Shown one piece after another: positions 19,867 to 35,146 of a stretch of DNA of 64,000 nt; within the stretch, counting starts at the first letter, position 1, and the number at the start of each line of letters is the position of its first letter. The stretch lies in contig OZ249436.1 of the NCBI GenBank assembly GCA_965235115.1, forward strand, positions 11,162,001 to 11,226,000. The letters run 5' to 3'. The translations under genes and the position numbers were made by a program. The notes under the pieces were generated by a model that worked only from the letters and a program-made list of their open reading frames with translations, was not told the origin of the DNA and did no database searches. The DNA is from Laetmonice hystrix (lineage: Eukaryota).

Positions 19867-22800
19867 AGAGCCGGGGCGATCAACAGGTAGTGTACCCGTG
19901 AAAAGGTGTCGCCACTCATGGCGTCCTGACACCCTAACCCCCACCCCCACCCCCATACACCACCACCACCAGCCAACCCTAACTCAGGCCGAGACAAGCG
20001 GGCACGCGGTGATCACAACTGGCGCGCTGCTCACATGTCAATCCGGTCAGCCACACACAAACCGTCAATTGGTCTAACACAACCAATGGTGGCCGCCATA
20101 CCTGGTCAGCCTTGACGTATCAGCAGACCAACCTCCCACTGGCCGAGTCGGACCTGTCGAGATGGGCCCTGGTGTTTGGACAGGAATTAGACATCTCACT
20201 GACTATGTTCCACACATATAACCAATATCTTTTTGTTTGTAGATGAGTGAAAGCATCATGTTTGGGGAGGAATTCTTCCACCGATTATGTAAGCCCGAAA
20301 ACCTTCACTACTAGTAAATAACATGCACGATCGGCCCGCGGGGATGAGGTTAATTAAATCGACTCGTCTGATACACAACGTCCGTCCCCAGAGGAAGTCA
20401 CACTTTAAGGTCTCTATATGGTTTATAATTAACACATCATAACTGTTAACAGCCTTGGGGGGAAATAGAGTGTGTGCAGACTGTTTAACTGGACCATGTA
20501 CATGACACAACTGGCGACGAACTGACGGTGAAGTACTAACTGGTTTTGACACAACTGACCAAGCCGGGGATCGAGGGGCATGGTGATCTCTCTGCAGACG
20601 GTCCGATCAGGAAATTATTAGGTGTTAATTCATGACTACATGTCAAGGTGGCTGCTTTCTAAATGGTATGGCCAATGGCATTGTCGTCTGAATCCACTAT
20701 CCTAATCGCAGTAAAATAATAATAATAATCTATAGACTTTTTAAAAAGGATTGAAATAGTAACCTCGTCCTGGTAAAGTACCTGCTTTGTTTTATCATTT
20801 CAGGATGGGTTGGCGCGACTTTCCAGCAATAATGAGACGAGGACATAGAGATCTTCGTCTGTCCTTGAGGTGCAGCCATCCAATTCAGAGTAGGTGTCAA
20901 TGGACAGCCTCTAAATTACACTTAATCTTTGAACTATGTTAACAATCTCGAAGTTCGGAACATTTTTATATTATTGTGAATAATCTGGGGAGGAAATGAA
21001 TGGTTGCAATGCACTTAATTTACGATAAGACACCACGGGTTATACTGGCCACAAACATTATACCTTTGAAATGATCACCAGAACGCATGAAGTTAAAATA
21101 TCATCATATACTTTTTTCGACCAGTTTCAACTCTTGCTCAAATTTCCAATGATTCTCATACAACAGTTTTGATTGTTTTCAATATTAGAAATGAAAGTCA
21201 CAGTATCCTGTTCCTAATGTGTGACAGGTGTGGTTCTATATGTTACGCAAAGAACGTTTTATTAATGGTATAGGCCTACATGTATATACAGTACTTTTTG
21301 TATGTATCATTCCACGTTTTACTGTTTGAGGTACCACACCTTCAAGTTATAAGATTTCACGAGACCTTCCACCAAGTTTATCTAACATGAGCAGCTTTAT
21401 CAAAGAATGCCGCCTCTGACTTTTCATGAGACATGGATGCCACAACAGACAGTTTGCTAAAACATGCAATCATGCGGTCGGGGTGTTGCATATTGTGCCC
21501 GAATGTTGGCACACTAACGTTGTCAGACCATGGAGGAAGTATAGACATTCTATTATTCCTCCAACGTCAGACTGTGTGAGGGCTTTACAACACGCCAACA
21601 ATTGGCCACTGATGATCACGCCTTTTGTCGATGACGAGCGACTCAGACAGGCGACTCGGAATAACTGGTGGCAAGTTGTCGTTCGCACTCGTGCCTCCGT
21701 AAAAACTGTAAACGGACGCTACAATAAGGCACCACCAGACATAGGCCGACCGTCCGCGTCACGCTCTCCACTTGACAGTTTGTGAAATATGAGCTGCAGA
21801 GCGGCTGATTTTATAAGTGTCTTCAAGACTTGGGAAATAATATTTGGTCATTCTAATTGCAATATCTTGGGGAAGGGGGGGGGGGCAGCTGGGAATCTGG
21901 CGGCACTATCCTTCTTTCTGGGAATTCCTCCTGTAGTCACTTCCTATAAGTTAGGTCAACATAATTGAGTCGGTACTGATAATTTACTGCCCGTTTTATA
22001 CGCGCAGACCTACTAATAGATGATTACTTCATAATAGACTCTCAAACATAGACGTGAAGGGCCCGACATATATGTCGGCAATATGGGCCTAACTAATGCC
22101 TAACCAGAAATAAAAACAAACAAGCTATTTAATCCGAATCATATATTCCCAATCCAATATGTCGAAGACCCACATTCTAACAAGATTCGGTGATCGAGTA
22201 AGTCTTCGAATGTACAACACAGTTTGTAACATTGTCGAGGTACAGCAAGAGTAAAGCCGCAGTTTGAAGAAAGGACTGGTATTTAATGTGAATAATCCAC
22301 TGCCCACCAATAAGCTAATACGCTTTACTCCGATGATCAGTTTACGTGTATTGTGCAGTTAATGGGATCAGCCTCACTTGTATATAGAGGGTGCAGTGCA
22401 AACATTGAGTATACAAAATGTAAACGTCTACATTTTATATGTTTCTATCGAGAAACGTATTGATTGCTCAAAGTATTTAAACATGAGCGCGGCAACTCCC
22501 AGCTCCACTGACGCTAATAACCATCAACTATAGTCTATGAAATCCTTAGGTTACAATACATGCCAAAACCTGTATAAGAGCCTATATGCTGAGAAGATTA
22601 TGGAATTCTCTGTTTCCGAATACTTTTTCATACTTCCAGTCTATATTTGTGTTTGACATCAAGTAACTGACCATGTGCATAGAAGAAAATATTACATGCC
22701 AAACCCCGCATAAAGAGTCACAGTAATCAGCTTTGTATAGGCAAGTTTCCAAGCAAGCACAATAGCAAGTTTTGGTAAGAAAAACGTTGATATGAAGGAG

Positions 22801-23937
22801 GTTTTCATGTCAGGGTCATTATTCAAACCACCTAACAGAACAATGCTATTTCCTCACTCGACGTCATGCATTACTTCCAACAGGTGGCAGGGTAGTCGGT
22901 AGGGGACGACACGTAGGCCTACGTGCATTTCCAGAAGACAGGATTAGATGATGAGGGACATTATAAGTGTAAGTATACTATAGTAGACCTCAGGCATCAT
23001 CTTTCCACACCTGTATATGTCAGTTAGACAAGTTATCTCCAAAGAACTTGAAATGGCATTATATAGGGTGTCTCAATAAAACGTCAATCGATATTCACTG
23101 GGATAACATGACCAAACTATAGTTCAGTTAACATTTATAACAGGTTTGGTATTGAAGTGTTGGTTTTGCGATATCAAGAAATTGCTCGGTTACGTTTATC
23201 TAGTCTTGTATCATTCAGCCCCATTGGCATGCAGTGATAAGCTGTTATATAGGCCTAGTTACAAGTGTTATTTGATCCGCTGACGAAGTCACATTATGAC
23301 ACTCCAAAAGATTTCTACTTCATTGATGAATTTTATTCAGAACGCGATAATTTACCATTTAATCAATCGATACTCTCCACATGAAAACCTCCCCTCTCAA
23401 TACCGAGCTCACAACGGCGGCGCTTATTTTCGACTGCTCCTATACTCCTGATGGCTGGCTCCTCATACACACAACACCTTGTTGAGATATAATATAAATC
23501 ATTTTATTCATTCACATTACAACACACGGTATGGTAACGGAATAGAGTGTTGAAAAACTTAATGACTAGTCAATATACATGCGCGTAACGGTCCTGAACT
23601 TCGCAGGGCATCGAAATGAATACCTTGACAACGTGCCATACATTTCAGCCCTATGCAATTAAAACGTTTCCAGGCCAGAGTTCACATAGTATTACCATTT
23701 CCAGGACGAAAAGGAAGAAACCTCTATTGGTCTGAATTGTCATATTGATTTCAGTTATTTGGTTTAGAACTCGCATATTTTTTAAACCCCTACCACAATT
23801 AGACAATTCCAATAGCAGTACAATAGACTATATATATACTCGGCCTTCGAGTTACAATTTGCTAAGGATCAATCCTGCACAAGAGACCAATTTCTGTGCC
23901 ACCCCAACGTGAGTACTAAAGCCTGGTCACACATATG

Positions 23938-25793
23938 CCTGGGGTCGGGTCAGGGTGAGGCATATTCCCGATACCACCCTGAGGTCGGGTGAGGCTGAGG
24001 CATATTCCCGATACCACCCTGGTCGGGTCGGGTGAGGGTGAGGCATATTCCCGATACCACCCTGAGGTCGGGTGAGGATGAGGCATATTCCCGATACCAC
24101 CCTGAGGTCGGGTCAGGGTGAGGCATATTCCCGATACCACCCTGAGGTCGGGTGAGGGTGAGGCATATTCCCGATACCACCCTGAGGTCGGGTCAGGGTG
24201 AGGCATATTCCCGATACCACCCTGAGGTCGGGCCAGGGTGAGGCATATTCCCGATACCACCCTGAGGTCGGGTGAGGATGAGGCATATTCCCGATACCAC
24301 CCTGAGGTCGGGTCAGGGTGAGGCATATTCCCGATACCACCCTGAGGTCGGGTGAGGGTGAGGCATATTCCCGATACCACCCTGGTCGGGTCGGGTCAGG
24401 GTGAGGCATATTCCCGATACCACCCTGAGGTCGGGTGAGGGTGAGGCATATTCCCGATACCACCCTGGTCGGGTCGGGTCAGGGTGAGGCATATTCCCGA
24501 TACCACCCTGAGGTCGGGTGAGGGTGAGGCATATTCCCGATACCACCCTGGTCCGGTCGGGTCAGGGTGAGGCATATTTCCTATACCACCCTGAGGTCGG
24601 GCCAGGGTGAGGCATATTCCCGATACCACCCTGAGGTCGGGCCAGGGTGAGGCATATTCCCGATACTACCCTGAGCTAGGGTCAGGGTGAGGCATATTTC
24701 CGATACCACCCTGAGGTCGGGCCAGGGTGAGGCATATTCCCGATACCACCCTGAGGTCGGGCCAGGGTGAGGCATATTCCCGATACCACCCTGAGGTCGG
24801 GTCAGGGTGAGGCATATTCCCGATACCACCCTGAGGTCGGGTCAGGGTGAGGCATATTCCCGATACCACCCTGAGGTCGGGTCGGGTCAGGGTGAGGCAT
24901 ATTCCCGATACCACCCTGAGGTCGGGTCAGGGTGAGGCATATTCCCGATACCACCCTGAGGTCGGGTCAGGGTGAGGCATATTCTCGATACCACCCTGAG
25001 GTCGGGTCAGGGTGAGGCATATTCCCGATACCACCCTGAGGTCGGGTGAGGGTGAGGCATATTCCCGATACCACCCTGAGGTCGGGTCGGGTCAGGGTGA
25101 GGCATATTCCCGATACCACCCTGAGGTCGGGTCAGGGTGAGGCATATTCCCGATACCACCCTGAGGTCGGGTCGGGTCAGGGTGAGGCATATTCCCGATA
25201 CCACCCTGAGGTCGGGTGAGGGTGAGGCATATTCCCGATACCACCCTGGTCGGGTCGGGTCAGGGTGAGGCATATTCCCGATACCACCCTGAGGTCGGGT
25301 GAGGGTGAGGCATATTCCCGATACCACCCTGGTCCGGTCGGGTCAGGGTGAGGCATATTTCCTATACCACCCTGAGGTCGGGCCAGGGTGAGGCATATTC
25401 CCGATACCACCCTGAGGTCGGGCCAGGGTGAGGCATATTCCCGATACTACCCTGAGCTAGGGTCAGGGTGAGGCATATTTCCGATACCACCCTGAGGTCG
25501 GGCCAGGGTGAGGCATATTCCCGATACCACCCTGAGGTCGGGCCAGGGTGAGGCATATTCCCGATACCACCCTGAGGTCGGGTCAGGGTGAGGCATATTC
25601 CCGATACCACCCTGAGGTCGGGTCAGGGTGAGGCATATTCCCGATACCACCCTGAGGTCGGGTCGGGTCAGGGTGAGGCATATTCCCGATACCACCCTGA
25701 GGTCGGGTCAGGGTGAGGCATATTCCCGATACCACCCTGAGGTCGGGTCAGGGTGAGGCATATTCCCGATACCATCCTGAGGTCGGGTCAGGG
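23938..25793. repeat. 40-bp minisatellite, ~45 copies, with a 781-bp higher-order duplication
   Basis: Unit cctgaggtcgggtcagggtgaggcatattcccgataccac; diagnostic variants recur at a 781-bp offset. Confidence 0.97.
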
Positions 25794-27294
25794 CGGAGTG
25801 TAATTTTTAATACCGCACTGATATCGCTGTCTATCAAAAGGTGGCGCTCCACGGTTTATATTGCAGTTGGTCTTTTGTCGGCGTCTTCGAGAGATGGCGC
25901 TCCATGTTAATATGGTATTTTAGACTAGTACCCAGTTCTGCTACACTTATTTAGAGACTGGTATCGCCCTATGAATGACCCTGACCTTGGCCTACCAATC
26001 ATAGACCTACCAAAAGACAGTCATATTTAAAGAGATCTTATGGGAATTTCAGAAATGTGATTCCTTGGGATGTCGCTAGGCGGCACCTTCTTATTTGCTC
26101 ACGTGCAACGTTTTGCACCTGGTTTGGCGCGCAGTTTGATTCAAGATGTAAACGCCTTTCTTTGTTTGGCCTTAGTGACATCAACAGTAATTATATAGGC
26201 CTATGGTTAGGCTTATACCTGACAGTGAAAATCTCTTTGATGGAAACACGTCAATAAATATTGATGACAATGCAGAGGATCACAAAATGGCGTAATCTCA
26301 AAGCATATAGGCTAGAAAGTAAATAGGCCTAACAATTTTGTAGCCAACTTTAAACCTCAATCACAGTTATACAAAATATAAAGATAGTTGTAAAACACTT
26401 CTACAAAAATTTCAACTCGATTTTTGTTTATGTTTAATCATTTACTTACATCACAATGGGGTACATTAGACGCATGCGCAATAGGGATTTCCAGTCAAAT
26501 CCGCAAGGCGGCAGCACCTGCACATCGGTCCTTGCTGGAGTACATTAGCACTAGCTTAGATAGGACGATGAAATGCTAAATGTACTGTAGGATGACCTAG
26601 TCTTATCATTACTAAATAATGTTAACTCGTATGGACTAAAGTGAATGAAAGAAGTCTAAAAATTGTCATACCTCTTTAGAACAAATGTCGATATGGCAAC
26701 CAGCCACAGATTAGCAGATATCAGCCTATCTAATTCTATGTTAAAATGTCCCCTTCAGAACCGCTAGCACAATGCTGCCGCCATGCGGAAAACGCGGCGA
26801 CAAGGTACCCCATTGGCAAAAACGTGAATAATTTCATGGATACGACGGTGGCGACATCATGCGGCCTTGATCTGAAACAGCCGGCCGATACCAGACCCAA
26901 TATCGGATCGGGTCGGGAGTACAGTATACCAGTCAAATGGTATTTGGTCGTTGGTCGCTGGTCGCCAACAGATGGCGCTCCGTGTTAATTATTTCACCTC
27001 GTGATTCACCCTGTCGTCAACTCGCGTTCTACAGAACTTTGTCCTCGCAGGTCAGGTCAGGGGTCACTCGAACGGAAGTAGGGGGCCTACCATTGATCAA
27101 GTACTTGATCTATGGTACCCAGCGTGTAGCAGAGATTGAATGAAGGGAACGATCTCTGTCCGGAGCGTGACACCGGAGGGCTTTAGGAGCGAAGCGGAAC
27201 CGGAAATCGAGGTGTTCGAATGTCACAGCACCTGCCGCTTTACCCCCCCCCCCCAAGGGGACTTCCAATACAGGGACTTCCGGCACAGCTCATT

Positions 27295-27683
27295 CTCTGT
27301 TTGATGTATCCACCATCATAACTAGGATAACATCTCTGTTTGATGTATCCACCATCATAACTAGGATAACATCTCTGTTTGATGTATCCACCATCATAAC
27401 TAGGATAACATCTCTGTTTGATGTATCCACCATCACAACTAGGATAACATCTCTGTTTGATGTATCCACCATCATAACTAGGATAACATCTCTGTTTGAT
27501 GTATCCACCATCATAACTAGGATAACATCTCTGTTTGATGTATCCACCATCATAACTAGGATAACATCTCTGTTTGATGTATCCACCATCATAACTAGGA
27601 TAACATGTCTGTTTGATGTATCCACCATCATAACTAGGCTAACATCTCTGTTTGATGTATCCACCATCATAACTAGGATAACA
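27295..27683. repeat. 39-bp minisatellite x10
   Basis: Unit tctgtttgatgtatccaccatcataactaggataacatc. Confidence 0.95.
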
Positions 27684-28881
27684 TTGGTGATAAACAGTAT
27701 GAATGGTGGTGGGTATTTACGAATGATCTTCGTAGCTCAATCTAGTCGTTAAAATAATCACGATTTGGTTATAGAAATGTTTAATCAAGGACAGTTTAAT
27801 ACTCGGTCTGTTTGCAACTCCTCCCCCGCCCCGGCACCGTCAGTAACAACATTGGCGAGTCGACAGCTGACTAGAGACTGGGATCAGCGATAAACGCTTT
27901 GTAAGCTGACATCAGTCAATATTATTTCTAGAATCACTCTTTCATTAAAGACTAGAGTGTATGAGTCATTACGGCACTAGCTTTCACTGCAAACTTGTTA
28001 CAACTTCAAATTTTACTAAAATCAACACTTTTATTAATTCCGAAGATGGCCCGCATTTTGCGCTACTTTTCCCAAATGAAGCTTTGCACGGTATACGAGT
28101 GAGGTTTTACTGAAATCCGAGGGAGCGCGAATAATATGTCGGGGGATTTGAGCGCCATATTGGCTCGCGATACATGACTCGATTTGGCTGTGTAGCGAGT
28201 CATTGAGTGCACCAATCGAGCCAGGAAGTAGGCCTATCAACACATAACGGGACGCAAAGTATGGAACGAGATGCCTGGCGCATGGATACGGCACGACACC
28301 GAAGGTAGAGTGCCGTATCCATGTGCCAGGAATGGAGTGCATCGAGATAGAATGCGCATATAATAAAGTGCATTATTGAAACATGCTCCTTTGGCGTCGA
28401 ATGTAAAAATTTCTGGTATAAAGGGAAACGTTTGAAGTGGACAACTCAATCACCAAATTTACCTAATTTAGCGTAATAAGGTACATGTAATTTATCAAAT
28501 TATCAAAATTGAATCTGGGAAGCAATATGGCGGCCTTCATGGGCGGCAACAACGTGACACGTGCAATTATTTATGCTACAGAATCTCTCGGTTTGACGTT
28601 CGAATTAAGACCACAACGGGTAGAGACACTGGGCTACTTGTATATCATGAACATTACTATCGCAGTAACGTGTTATTGCCCACTGGCTTTGGCAAGAGCA
28701 CTATATTTCAGTTGCCACCATGGTTGATGCAGACCAAGTGCCGCAAGCACTGCCCCGTGATGGTAGTTCCGGTTCAATGATGCAATGTACAAGATGGCGC
28801 TGAATTCCCCTGAGGTTACTTTCCAAACTCCAAAGAGAGGACTTCCGCTTCCGTTGCGTTGGTCAGCTTTAGTACTGTCAG

Positions 28882-28990
28882 GGCCCAGTTTTTCAAAAAT
28901 TCTCAACTTGAGTAAAGCTTACCTAAGTAAACTAACAGGCTTCTGATTGGCTGGCCTAAGCAGAGTATGGAATTTGTGAAAAACTGGGCC
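28882..28990. mobile_element. Small PIF/Harbinger-like MITE, CAG TSD
   Basis: cag|ggcccagtttttcaaaaattc...gaatttgtgaaaaactgggcc|cag. Confidence 0.75.
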
Positions 28991-30475
28991 CAGATCTGTT
29001 ACCAGAGTGGTTACTTTCGAGCAGAAATGACCGAGGGATTCTCGAGTGTTCTGAAGCTAGTGATGGGGCATCGGATTTAGTATCGGCCTGCAATTGTGGA
29101 GGTCGTGAAAAAGATGCCTCCAAAGCAGGCCTCTGAGACTACAGGAATAGTCCTGTAGCTAGACGAGTTACCGCATAGTGCCCGCAATTGCCTCCATGTA
29201 TGCCCGATCGAGGCACTGTACCGAAACACACCAGTCAATATGGGCCCATATTTCTGCCTATACTGTAGATAGCACCCAAATCAAGACTATTGTGATGGGT
29301 GGACCCATCCCAATATTCTTGCCCAAATGTTCAATCTGAGCGGCAGGTAAGGGGGCGGGGAGGTTTCAGTTTAAAATTATCTGTCTTTAGTTAGTCCTAC
29401 ATTACAATGCGTCATTCACGACCGAGACTCGCCCCCAACTGACATGACCAGCGGATGAGGCAATTATACGGCAAGCCCGCTCGATCTCGATCAGCACTAC
29501 AAGTCCAGAACACCCTCACTTAAGCCGAGGGAAAACAAATAATGGAAAATCTCTTAACACCTGGGCGCTGAAGCTTAAGCCTTGGCAGACAGGCTATTTT
29601 TATCAACGTTACGCACAAAATCTGTCAAGGTAAAATTTATTGACGTCCAGACATCCAATAATGAGGCGTCTTATGAAAAAGCTCGTGGTTAGGACATAAA
29701 AAGAAGAATATAAAGGGCCCAATATGTCGGTTCCCAAGGTCAATGGGATATTTTGATGCAATACAGAGAGCGTGAGTGGATATAAACTTACCAAATGTAC
29801 AATACAGGTAGGCAATCAATATTTAATCACATATTCATGGGGGGAAAAAAGCTGGTAGACTTTTCGGAGTCTATACGGGTGGGGGCAACCAACATGTCAG
29901 GGTGTAGATCACGAACACTTTAACAGAACAATATTTCATCGGCATGTAATGGATACCTAGATCCCTCGTAATAACTAGACATTTCAACAGAAAAATAATA
30001 GACACAATGTACAATGGACCGGTTATAAATAATAATATATTATAGATATAAGTTAGGTATATTGAAAGATCTATATAATGGTCAGGAAGCAAATTAATAG
30101 CTGAATGTCACGATATTTTGTGTAAAAGATTATATTTATAGACATTGAATCGAACAAATGCATTGCCCTCCAGATAAACGTGCAGTCCATGCTACCAGAC
30201 ACAGAAGAATGTAACAGGTATACCTCAGCCCATTGAGTCAATCCAATTTAATGTACATGTATATTGCATATATAAAAAAGCTCTGCCATTTGCTTTATCG
30301 CCCTCGCATTTTTTTTAGAAAGCGCACTTCCGTCACTTACTGCCACTTTTGCCTGAGCATACTGTAACTTTTAGAGGCGCCCGTGTGTGCTTATTTTATA
30401 GATATACGACATGTCTATATATTAAGCCCATGGTGCCCCTGGAATCCAGTGAAGGGTAAGCAGAGAAGTCCTCCA

Positions 30476-31272
30476 CACTGTAAAAAATTTCTTGTAATAT
30501 TTACATTAAGTTACTGGCAGCTCATTCGCCAATAACTTAATGTGAAAATTACAGTAAAAATTCTTTAAAACACCAATTACAGGAAAGCTAAATAACAGTA
30601 ATTAGTGTAAAAATATTCTTGTAAAATTTACATTAAATTACTGACAGCTCATTCGCCAATAACTTAATGTAAACATTACAGTAATAATTAATTGTACACT
30701 GCACTAATGAAATTATAATACGCGAGAAACAAACATCTGGCTTTTTTTAGTTTAGATTCGTATGGGCCTGATGATTTCAGACAGGTCCATTCGAGGAAAA
30801 TGCTCTGCAAACGAAGAGGACTCCGCATGATAATGTCGACTGCTTTTACAAAGGAGTTAATAATTATGTTCTATGGCCTCCAAAGATGGTGTTTACATGA
30901 GCAATGTCAACAAATCCCACTTAATTTAGGCCCGGGTTTGGGCCTAATTAAGTATAGCAAACGGGGTAAACGTCAAATTACTGTAAAACGTCAAATTACT
31001 CGAAATTTTCTGCATTGAAGATGCTGTATCATTTACAATTGCTCTGTTGTACAAAATGCTTATTGCAGAGTTTACACTATAAGGAACGTTAATTGCAGTA
31101 AACGTCAAACTACTGTATAATTTACAGTAAAGGTGCTGCGTTATACAGTTATCTATTTCACAGCATCCCTAATGTAAAAATTACAGTAAAAGTCTAGTAA
31201 ATGAGGTAAACGTCAAATTACTGTAAAACTTACAGTATATTTCTTTAGAAATTACAACAATTTTTTACAGTG
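30476..31272. mobile_element. Non-autonomous CACTA/EnSpm-type DNA transposon
   Basis: CACTGTAAAAAA...TTTTTTACAGTG termini, 2-bp CA duplication, reiterated subterminal ttacagta/tactgtaa motifs; second copy at ~58886-59700. Confidence 0.85.
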
Positions 31273-32001
31273 CACACAATCCGATATCATCCGTAAAAAA
31301 CTCCCTCTCCACCTCTCGAGTTATCCAGAGCTGGGCGCCCATGCTTTGATATACAATGTCTTCTCATGATATACAATGTCTTCTCATGATATACAATGCC
31401 TTCTCATGATGTGTGTTTCCAAACGATTGGCCTTTCGACACGTAATGAGACTATTTTGGGATAGATTCCTGTCTTGGTTCTCCTTGCTTTGATTGATGTC
31501 GGTCTACTTGCTGTGATGTTATAGACGGTCGAGGCTGTAGTCATCGGATATCCCAGTATCAGGTGGCATGGATGAGCTTGGTATACGTAAAGATGGAGTT
31601 AACTGAATTATCTCCGACACTGATCACTTGGCACAAGGTTCATCATTCTGCAGGGGCTATTCTCAATAGAAGGCCTATATATAGCATCAATTAATGACGC
31701 GATAATGTAATCACATCGTATGATTTACGTATACGGAATCTTAAGGCGGTCACTCCAAGCTTACCTCGACGAGAAAGCTTAAGAATGACTGTTTATCCCA
31801 TAATGATATATGATACTTTGATCAAGTATTTATCGTTGTTGATGGCCCTCTGCCTGCCGGACGACGGGACTCCACGAGGTGGGGTGGGGTGGGGCAATTG
31901 AGAGGAGCCGTACATTTGGCCGTTTTTGGTGTCATCAGGTCGTTGTACATTTCGCAGTGATGGACGTAACAGCTGGAGCATCTCAATATATATACGGACA
32001 T

Positions 32002-32397
32002 TAATATCGACCTACAGCAGCCGACCCCCCAACCATCCTTAAGTATAGTAATATCGACCTACAGCAGCCGACCCCCCAACCATCCTTAAGTAAAGTAATA
32101 TCGACCTACAGCAGCCCACCCCCCCAACCATCCTTAAGTATAGTAATATCGACCTACAGCAGCCGACCCCCCAACCATCCTTAAGTATAGTAATATCGAC
32201 CTACAGCAGCCGACCCCCCAACCATCCTTAAGTATAGTAATATCGACCTACAGCAGCCGACCCCCCAACCATCCTTAAGTATAGTAATATCGACCTACAG
32301 CAGCCCACCCCCCCAACCATCCTTAAGTATAGTAATATCGACCTACAGCAGCCGACCCCTCAACCATCCATAAGTATAGGCCTAGTAATATCGACCT
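32002..32397. repeat. 47-bp minisatellite x~8
   Basis: Unit taatatcgacctacagcagccgaccccccaaccatccttaagtatag. Confidence 0.95.
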
Positions 32398-32554
32398 CCC
32401 TAACCCAGCCACCCACCCACCCCCGAGTATAACAGTACGCACAATAGGGCATTGCCTGGTGCCTATCCATTTCACTTCCTAGCCCTGGTCGGTGTATTAC
32501 CGTCCGGAGTAGTCAGTGAATTATTTCTAAAGATCAAGACAGAAAGTCATAAAG

Positions 32555-32761
32555 ATTCAACCTATACCTAACAATCGGTTGGAATAACATACTGTATTCA
32601 ACCTATACCTAACAATCGGTTGGAATAACATACTGTATTCAACCTATACCTAACAATCGGTTGGAATAACATACTGTATTCAACCTATACCTAACAATCG
32701 GTTGGAATAACATACCGTATTCAACCTATACCTAACAATCGGTTGGAATAACATACTGTAT
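32555..32761. repeat. 41-bp minisatellite x5
   Basis: Unit attcaacctatacctaacaatcggttggaataacatactgt. Confidence 0.95.
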
Positions 32762-32790
32762 AAAGAAAGGAGATACATGGCGTTGGTGGC

Positions 32791-32990
32791 ATCTCATCCA
32801 GTCTCGTCCAAGGCCTAGCTGTGATCTCATCCAGTCTCGCCCAAGGCCTAGCTGTGATCTCATCCACTCTCGCCCAAGGCCTAGCTGTGATCTCATCCAG
32901 TCTCGTCCAAGGCCTGGCTGTGATCTCATCCAGTCTCGTCCAAGGCCTGGCTGGGATCTCATCCAGTCTCGTTCAAGGCCTAGCTGTGAT
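32791..32990. repeat. 33-bp minisatellite x6
   Basis: Unit atctcatccagtctcgtccaaggcctagctgtg. Confidence 0.95.
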
Positions 32991-33055
32991 GTTCAATTTT
33001 TTTATGGACCTTTGCAGGTCGAGTTGGTTCCGGGTCGTCAGGTCGTTCTGCTTAC

Positions 33056-33188
<133 letters not shown>

Positions 33189-35146
33189 GCCCTGATATGC
33201 GAATCGAGAGGACCTTTCTGCTGATACAGACATTATGGTACATGTAGCCCAATTAGCGAGGTGTTTAATTAAAGTTGCGCCGTTTTTAAAATAAATCAGC
33301 AACATCCAGCGCAACATCATAGGCTATGCCTACAGAATCGATTTACCTAAAATCTCCTAAATGAAAGCAAAAGAACTGCACATAACTTTTAGAATACCGA
33401 TAGCGTGAGATATAGCCGATTACTGCAAGCTTCCTGCGCTGCACGCAGCCACTGCGTGATTGACGGTTGTCAGATATGTAAATAGTGCGGAGAATCCCCG
33501 GTACTGCGCGCGCACATGTCCTTTCCACTTCCGCTAGAGGCAACAACAAGGGTGTTGTTAGTCGATTGACGCGATCCCCATTCGGAACACCGAGCCCTTT
33601 ACGATGTAGAGAGACTCGGATACCAATCGGAGGTCGCCATATTGGGTCAGATGGGGTCAGCGCACTATTGTCGTAGCGTCCCGTGTAAACAACGGCCAGT
33701 GTCTGGGCTGTGGTGCTGTCAATAGACGGCTTTCTTCGTTAATAGATGGCAAAAAACTGAAACCGAATTTGTCACGGATTGTAGCTTTTCTTGACAATGA
33801 CATTAAGCCATGAAAACGTGAACCATTCCTTATTTAGCATGTATGATCCGTGTGATAAGAGGATCGAATCAAGGTAGCCTGTCAAACCGTTACACGCCAC
33901 CGTTGAATCGTAACACCCGTTTTTCTGTGACGGTTTGAACTTTGACTTCTTTCATTTTACGCCGATTGTCACGGTTCATTTTGACGACTTGACTCTCATG
34001 TTAAGCGTTATGTTGAACACCCTTGTGTTGAATCCAGTCAAATCAAGGTAAATTAATACGGCAAATCCATACTCAAAGTGGTTCAATATTATGAGCTAGG
34101 GCGACTCGGAGCCGGCGGACCGCCGGGCCGCCCTAGCTATCCCCACCGGGAGCCACCGTGCGGCCCTGCAGAGCTGTCGCGAAGTTGCCGGGTCATTTTA
34201 TTCGATTAATCTATGTTTGGTCAAAGTTGTTAACGTAACAACAACTTTATAATGATATCTGGTCTATATGAATTTACTAACACCATTATTAGAGGCTCTA
34301 ACCACTATATATATAAGGGACTCAATTTTTGCCGGCATCTCACTACCTGTGCCAGTCTTGTGTCATTGCGCACTGGGGCGATACATGGAATCCATGTATA
34401 TCAATGCGTCGAGGGGTGTCCGAGCACAACTACAGCGAAGCGACCGGAAGTTGGGCCGAGGTTTTCCGAATGACGCGATCCCCTGGAAGTGGCAGTGATT
34501 ATGGGATAGTGCTTACGTCATCTAGAGCGCCACGTTCGGCATTTTGATTCGCTCGATTAGCATGCATTACGTGCGGGATGTAGTTTTTAACTAAAAGTAG
34601 AACATTGCCCGAAAGGGCGCAAAACCGCAGCCTTATACCCTGTAAGCTAATCTTATTAGAATGCACAGAAATTGGAAGATTTGAAGGAGTTTATATAAAA
34701 TATTCAAATTTCCATAAAGTTATTCTGGGACCATAGACAGGTTTTACTCTCAGTGCGAGGTTGATGCCTCACAGACTGTAAAAGCTACTGTGAATACCAG
34801 CTGCAAATATTCTCATCTTCTCTACACAGAATACACACACACACACCCAGCATCTCGATATCGTTGTAAAGCCGTTTCAAATGTCAAGACAGCTCATGCT
34901 ATGATTGAAACTGTCGAATCCAGAAAAACGGAACATATGGGCCACATTCTGTTCTGTTGGTATTTAAGCGGCGTTCCATGAGAGAGCATACGCGGTTACA
35001 GTAACCTAATCGTGGCTGCATTTGTTCGGTCTCCAAGAGACGTTCATCTGGACGCACAGTACTATAGATAGAGATATCATGGTTAATAGAGCACATCTGT
35101 AGATTTAAACGTTTATGATGTCTTTCCCGTCACTAGGATGGCAGGT

